Source: an uncultured Acidobacteriota bacterium
GTDB taxonomy: Bacteria; Acidobacteriota; Vicinamibacteria; Vicinamibacterales; 2-12-FULL-66-21
Reading direction: 5' to 3'
Length of the DNA stretch: 64,000 nucleotides
NCBI GenBank assembly: GCA_963844245.1
Contig: CAWJNJ010000006.1
Coordinates: 392,142-456,141, forward strand
Each line of letters opens with the position of its first letter. Within the stretch, counting starts at the first letter, position 1. Positions 60,157-64,000 of this stretch are shown piece by piece. The notes below the pieces were generated by a model. It was not told the DNA's origin. It searched no databases and was given only the letters and a program-made list of their open reading frames with translations. The translations under genes were made by a program, and so were the position numbers.

Positions 60157-61565
60157 CAATGCTGCTTCGGCTGCGATTCGTAGAACGACCCGCGGTCGGT
60201 GAGATAGCGATAGGCCAGCGACGGCCCCGTCAGTGGCAGGGTCACGAACGCGTGATAGGCGTTGCGGCCGGGCTCGAGCCGCTGCCGATCCATCAGCCGG
60301 GTTGCAAACTGCGCCATCAACGCGAGGTTCCACCAGGTGCACACGGCGATCGCGACAGCGAGACCGACGGCGAGCCTGTTGGTCAGCCACGACGAACGCT
60401 CGGGAACGCGTTGCCGGCCGGCCCTTTCCGAACGAGCCGCTGCCGTCCACAGTGCGGCCAGGCCGATGACGAGGATGATCGTCAGGTTCACGAAGCGCCG
60501 CTGGCCGAACGCGCCCGCGACCGTCCACGACTCGACACTGCCGGCGACGTAGACCTGCGAGGCAACCATGATCGCGAGGCTGACGGCAACGATCCTTTCG
60601 CGGACGAAGAAGAGACCGATCAGCGCCAGTATGGCCAGCGGCGTCCAGAAGAAGAGTCCGTGGTGCGGTGATGCCAGCACCTGCAGTCCATGCGGTGCGT
60701 ACCAGAACATTTTCCGTTGTACGTGCTCGGCGGGACCGGGATAGCCGTTGAGGGCGTTGTAGGCGAGCAGCTGTGGCAGATAGCCGAGGAGGGTCCCGGT
60801 CACGCCAGCCCGGCGGCGATCGGAACGCGAGAGCGTGGGCGCACCTGCGAGGCAGACCTGGCGACGCGCCGACCACGCGAAATCGAGCGCCGGTCCGAGC
60901 GCGAGGAAGACGTCCTGCTCACGGACCATGGCGAGCAGCGCCGCACAGAGTCCGAGCGCGAATGCTCCGCCGGCGGACCATGATCGGCGCACGTGCAACC
61001 AGACGTTGACGAAGAGCGCCACTGCGAAGGCCGAGCACGCATGCGAGAACGGTGGCGCGACGTACATGTAGAAGAGCAGCGGTGTGCCAAGCCAGACCGC
61101 CAGACCGGCGGCAAAGGCCCCGCTGGCCGGGCGAATGCTTCCATCAGTAGGCCCGACCTTCAGGTCGGGCGACGACCCGATCACCCGTGCGGCGCGGATC
61201 GACAGCAGGATGGCGAGGAACCCGTAGAACGCGGATCCGTAGGCCACCGCACGGACATACGGCGTCGTGAAGCCGTTCGCCTCGTAGCTGTCACCCGCTC
61301 GAGTCCACGCATCGGCCGCCGCGTAGAACGGCGACCACAGGATCGCCGCGCCCACCGTTCCGTAGTTCACACGTCGTCCGGCCGCGGTCTCGCGCTCGAG
61401 AAAGGTCTCGTGAAAGCCCCCCGACTGGGCGATGTTGCGGTCGTAGAAGTAGCGGTATTCATTCTCGAACGAGACGTCCCGGTCGAAATAGAGCGATCGC
61501 AGGTAGGAGAAATACTGCACCTCATCGGACGAGTAGAGCCGGGCCGTGACCGCCGGCAGCGACAC
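60156..61565 (-). CDS. Unassigned polytopic membrane protein, GT-C-like (paralogue A)
   Basis: 469-aa ORF from GTG 61565. The first-loop motif is LYSSDEVQYFSYLRSLYFDRDVSFENEY. The in-frame upstream sequence back to the CPBP stop (..LIALLDRLARFFLLTRREFLALALLFL) looks coding but has no ATG, GTG or TTG, so the start is unresolved. It contains an in-frame palindromic element at 61147-61171. Confidence 0.6.
   Translation of the reverse strand: MSLPAVTARLYSSDEVQYFSYLRSLYFDRDVSFENEYRYFYDRNIAQSGGFHETFLERETAAGRRVNYGTVGAAILWSPFYAAADAWTRAGDSYEANGFTTPYVRAVAYGSAFYGFLAILLSIRAARVIGSSPDLKVGPTDGSIRPASGAFAAGLAVWLGTPLLFYMYVAPPFSHACSAFAVALFVNVWLHVRRSWSAGGAFALGLCAALLAMVREQDVFLALGPALDFAWSARRQVCLAGAPTLSRSDRRRAGVTGTLLGYLPQLLAYNALNGYPGPAEHVQRKMFWYAPHGLQVLASPHHGLFFWTPLAILALIGLFFVRERIVAVSLAIMVASQVYVAGSVESWTVAGAFGQRRFVNLTIILVIGLAALWTAAARSERAGRQRVPERSSWLTNRLAVGLAVAIAVCTWWNLALMAQFATRLMDRQRLEPGRNAYHAFVTLPLTGPSLAYRYLTDRGSFYESQPKQH
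61147..61171. repeat. Palindromic element copy embedded in frame in a coding sequence
   Basis: GTAGGCCCGACCTTCAGGTCGGGCG is identical to 39053-39077. On the coding (minus) strand it reads SPDLKVGPT within an approximately 14-aa segment that is absent from paralogue B. Confidence 0.9.
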
Positions 61566-61651
61566 GAGGAACAGGAGCGCGAGAGCCAGAAACTCGCGTC
61601 GTGTGAGCAGGAAAAAGCGGGCGAGGCGATCCAGAAGGGCGATGAGGAATG

Positions 61652-62209
61652 TTACCTCAGCGCCACATGCTTCAGGATCTGCGCGAGGTTGAACCCGGCG
61701 TGGCTCACGACGGGCGCGATGATGCTGCCGCGGCGCAAATACACGAAACCCCAGAACGCCCCGAGCGTGCCGGTCGCAATCACCGCGTCGTAACCCTGCT
61801 CGAAGTGGCCGAGCCCGAAGAGCGCGCTGTAGAAGAGGACCCCATAGACGCCTCCGCCCAGATACTGCCCGAAGCGGTGGACGATAAAGCCGCGCTGGAC
61901 CTCTTCACGCACGCCGCCCGAGATCATGACCACGACCGCGAAAACGAGAATGTGGTTCCGCGTCTTCAGCAGGTCATGGAGTGGATTCGACACCACGTTG
62001 TGCAGGTACGGCGCATAGGTAATCACGAGCGCCATGATGAAGACGACGATGAAGAAGACGACCGGAATCATGAGGATGCCGACGACCACTTCCCGGAGGA
62101 CCCGGACGCGGCCGATCAGCACGTCGCGCGCGCTTTCGTGGTGCGCCCGCAGGAACAACAGGACCAGCCCGATCACGAGCGCCGCATCCAGCAGCGAGAC
62201 CGTAAACAC
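61652..62209 (-). CDS. CPBP-family intramembrane glutamic endopeptidase (CAAX protease-like)
   Basis: Motifs EEVQRGF (EExxR), FGLGHF (FxxxH) and HAGFNL (HxxxN). The frame stays open upstream to TAA 62336-62338 (RIGAILEVIICSGFPTQLLLIAVL..) without a canonical start, so the N-terminus is unresolved. Confidence 0.78.
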   Translation of the reverse strand: MFTVSLLDAALVIGLVLLFLRAHHESARDVLIGRVRVLREVVVGILMIPVVFFIVVFIMALVITYAPYLHNVVSNPLHDLLKTRNHILVFAVVVMISGGVREEVQRGFIVHRFGQYLGGGVYGVLFYSALFGLGHFEQGYDAVIATGTLGAFWGFVYLRRGSIIAPVVSHAGFNLAQILKHVALR

Positions 62210-62436
62210 GAATTGTGGATTCAGTCCGCCCCCGCTCGCCTGGACCGGCAGCCCGAACCCGCTCAGAACCGCAATCAGCAGCAGCTGTGTCGGGAATCCG
62301 GAGCAGATGATGACTTCGAGGATGGCACCGATCCGTTAACGGTCAGCAGTGCCGTTCGAGCCGGCGATGGTGAGGCGTCGATGGTAGATGGTAAACGCGC
62401 CTCATTATGCCGACAGCTACATGGAAAAGGGCCAAG

Positions 62437-62470
62437 GGAAGATGGAACATGAATCCCTCTTCCATCTTCC
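62437..62470 (-). terminator. Perfect 11-bp inverted repeat downstream of the glycine-zipper lipoprotein gene
   Basis: GGAAGATGGAA (62437-62447) and TTCCATCTTCC (62460-62470) flank a 12-nt loop. On the minus strand it is followed by CCCTTGGCCCTTTTCC. It lies 29 nt after the stop at 62499. Confidence 0.5.
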
Positions 62471-62498
62471 ATTCGCGTGCGCGCAGCGACGCGAAGCG

Positions 62499-63245
62499 CT
62501 AGCGCAGCCTAACGCGAAGCGTTACAGGCTGCGTCAACTTCACGCTGAGCGGCGTCCCGGCGGCGAGGCTGACTTCCTTCCCGCGCGTGGCGAGGACGAC
62601 GCCGGTGCCGCCGGCGCCGCCGATCGCGGCACCTTTGGCGGCACCGTCGCCACCGCCGATGATCCCGCCGATGATCGCACCACCGACGGCGGCGCCGCCG
62701 ATCTTGGCGGCGTCCTCTTTCTTCGTCCCCTCTGCAGTGCGCGCCACCGTCTCGGTGCGGATATTGGTGGCACCGCCTTCACCGGGCAGGTCGACACGGG
62801 TGAAACGGAACGCCACGGTGGCGCGACCCTTCACTTTGGCCGAGCGCTGCGCGTCGGTGATGTGACCGAGGACGACAGTCCCAGCGGGGAGCGCCTCGAG
62901 GCCGTCGCTCTTGACGGCGCTTCGCAGCGTGGCGCGAACCTGGTCCTCGACGTTGCTCGTGGCCGATCCGACCGACGTGCGCAGTGTCAGCGGCAGCTCG
63001 GTACCCGCCGGGAGAGTGACGTCGCGAAACGCGGGCGTGGGGTCGGCCGCCGGTTCCGTGGCCGCGGACGGCGTGGCCGCGACCGCCGCTGGCTTGTCGG
63101 CTTCGACCGGTGGCGCTGGTTTGCTGGCTTCGACTGGTGGCGCGGGCTTGGCCTCGTCACGCGTGACAACCGGCGCCGCCGCGTCGCCGCGCGAGCACCC
63201 GGCCGCCGCAAGGGCGATGGCCAACACAAAACTCAATTTCGTCAT
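62499..63245 (-). CDS. Lipoprotein with a Pro/Ala-rich spacer and a C-terminal glycine-zipper region
   Basis: Lipobox LAAAGC, duplicated KPAPPVEA(S/D)KPA spacer and GAAVGGAIIGGIIGGGDGAAKGAAIGGAGG glycine zipper. Confidence 0.6.
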   Translation of the reverse strand: MTKLSFVLAIALAAAGCSRGDAAAPVVTRDEAKPAPPVEASKPAPPVEADKPAAVAATPSAATEPAADPTPAFRDVTLPAGTELPLTLRTSVGSATSNVEDQVRATLRSAVKSDGLEALPAGTVVLGHITDAQRSAKVKGRATVAFRFTRVDLPGEGGATNIRTETVARTAEGTKKEDAAKIGGAAVGGAIIGGIIGGGDGAAKGAAIGGAGGTGVVLATRGKEVSLAAGTPLSVKLTQPVTLRVRLR

Positions 63246-63289
63246 GATAATGGGACTCCTCCAGCTCGAGTGTGCAACGCCAGTGCCGT

Positions 63290-63305
63290 TGGCAGCCGTC
63301 CTGCT
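63290..63305 (+). promoter_or_regulatory. Sigma-54-type -24/-12 motif match upstream of the partial regulator gene
   Basis: TGGCAG-ccgtc-CTGCT has GG (63291-63292) and GC (63303-63304) 12 nt apart. It lies 107 nt upstream of ATG 63412 in an AT-richer spacer. This is a motif match only. Confidence 0.2.
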
Positions 63306-63411
63306 AACTCATCTACCTTCCTGACGATTTTGACCGCCAAAGAGCAGATTTTTTAGCTCAGCGATGTAATTTCTGCTCGCTTGGCCATTTTGGATGGTAA
63401 GAATGACATTC

Positions 63412-64000
63412 ATGGACACGCAAGAACTAGAGAACGATCTCTCTGACCAGCCACCGGTTGGCGGCGAACGCGTCCTCATTGTCGAGGACGATTCGTCGAC
63501 CCGGTCCGGGCTGGCTGAGCTCGTCCAGGCGTGGGGCTTCTTTACCGACGAAGCGGCTGACGGTGAAGAGGCGATGCGCAAGATCACCACCTTCCGTCCG
63601 GCGATCATCGTCAGCGACCTGGTCATGCCGCGCATGGGCGGACGCGAGCTGCTGCGCGCACTGCACGATCAGCTGTCCGACATTACCTTCATTCTTCTGA
63701 CCGCGCAGGGGACGGTCGAGAGCGCTGTCGAAGCCATCAAGGACGGCGCCTACGACTACTTGAGCAAGCCCGTCGATCCCCAGCGGCTGAAGATCCTGCT
63801 CGAGAAATCGGTGGAACGGCAGGCGACCCTGCGCGAGGTGCGGACGCTTCGCCGTCAGCTCCGCGACCACGGCACCTTCGGGCGCATCATCGGGAACAGC
63901 GCCGGGATTCGCGGCGTTTACCGCGTCATCGAGCAGGCGGCGCCAACGAGTGCCTCGGTGCTGATCTCCGGCGAGTCGGGCACCGGCAAGGAGCTGGTGG
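63412..64000 (+). CDS. Sigma-54-dependent response regulator (NtrC family), 3' part outside the window
   Basis: My own translation from ATG 63412 gives MDTQELENDLSDQPPVGGERVLIVEDDSSTRSGLAELV..IIVSDLVMPRMGG (REC) and then ..FGRIIGNSAGIRGVYRVIEQAAPTSASVLISGESGTGKELV (AAA+ Walker A). It runs off the window end, so it is absent from the ORF track. Confidence 0.85.
   Translation, partial: MDTQELENDLSDQPPVGGERVLIVEDDSSTRSGLAELVQAWGFFTDEAADGEEAMRKITTFRPAIIVSDLVMPRMGGRELLRALHDQLSDITFILLTAQGTVESAVEAIKDGAYDYLSKPVDPQRLKILLEKSVERQATLREVRTLRRQLRDHGTFGRIIGNSAGIRGVYRVIEQAAPTSASVLISGESGTGKELV

Overview
Visibly GC-rich bacterial chromosomal segment from a diderm. The domain repertoire (PEGA, several sigma-54 regulators, ECF sigmas, TamB next to BamA) would fit an Acidobacteriota- or Gemmatimonadota-like organism, but the taxon cannot be established from this window. 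I support about 56 protein genes. I saw no rRNA, tRNA, CRISPR array, transposase or phage gene. Layout: (i) 0-21.8 kb is housekeeping: uvrA, lpxC, an ECF sigma-STAS module, lysA, tmk, comF, rplU-rpmA-obgE-nadD-rsfS, dprA and topA-trmFO-xerC. (ii) 21.8-34.2 kb is a signalling and envelope block that separates xerC from hslVU. It holds a sigma-54 two-component pair, an ABC-F ATPase translationally coupled to a GAF kinase and an HTH-REC regulator, an ECF/anti-sigma unit with secreted proteins, a permease, and a Tyr/Gly-rich PEGA protein. (iii) 34.4-50.5 kb holds hslVU, an FN3 lipoprotein, an FAH hydrolase, transaldolase, a three-gene acyl-CoA carboxylase and tamB-bamA-surA-like. (iv) 50.5-62.2 kb is the most system-like feature: nine minus-strand genes with overlapping stop/start codons (CPBP protease, two unassigned polytopic GT-C-like paralogues, a GT39, four GT4s, a zinc-ribbon methyltransferase). 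It has no recognisable flippase, polymerase or priming transferase, which suggests an uncharacterised envelope glycoconjugate pathway. Sequence-level oddities: ten single-base insertions, all in the same direction, break nine otherwise intact genes including topA and hslV; this most likely reflects assembly indels. Most larger intergenic spacers carry arrays of short words (CAGAAACAC, CACGGA, GTGCGAC, CCAACT) or palindromic elements, two of which recur in frame inside coding sequences. An unannotated 41-codon ORF with coding-like codon bias lies behind the ECF-STAS operon. All functional calls come from motif recognition by eye, and no database search was run.
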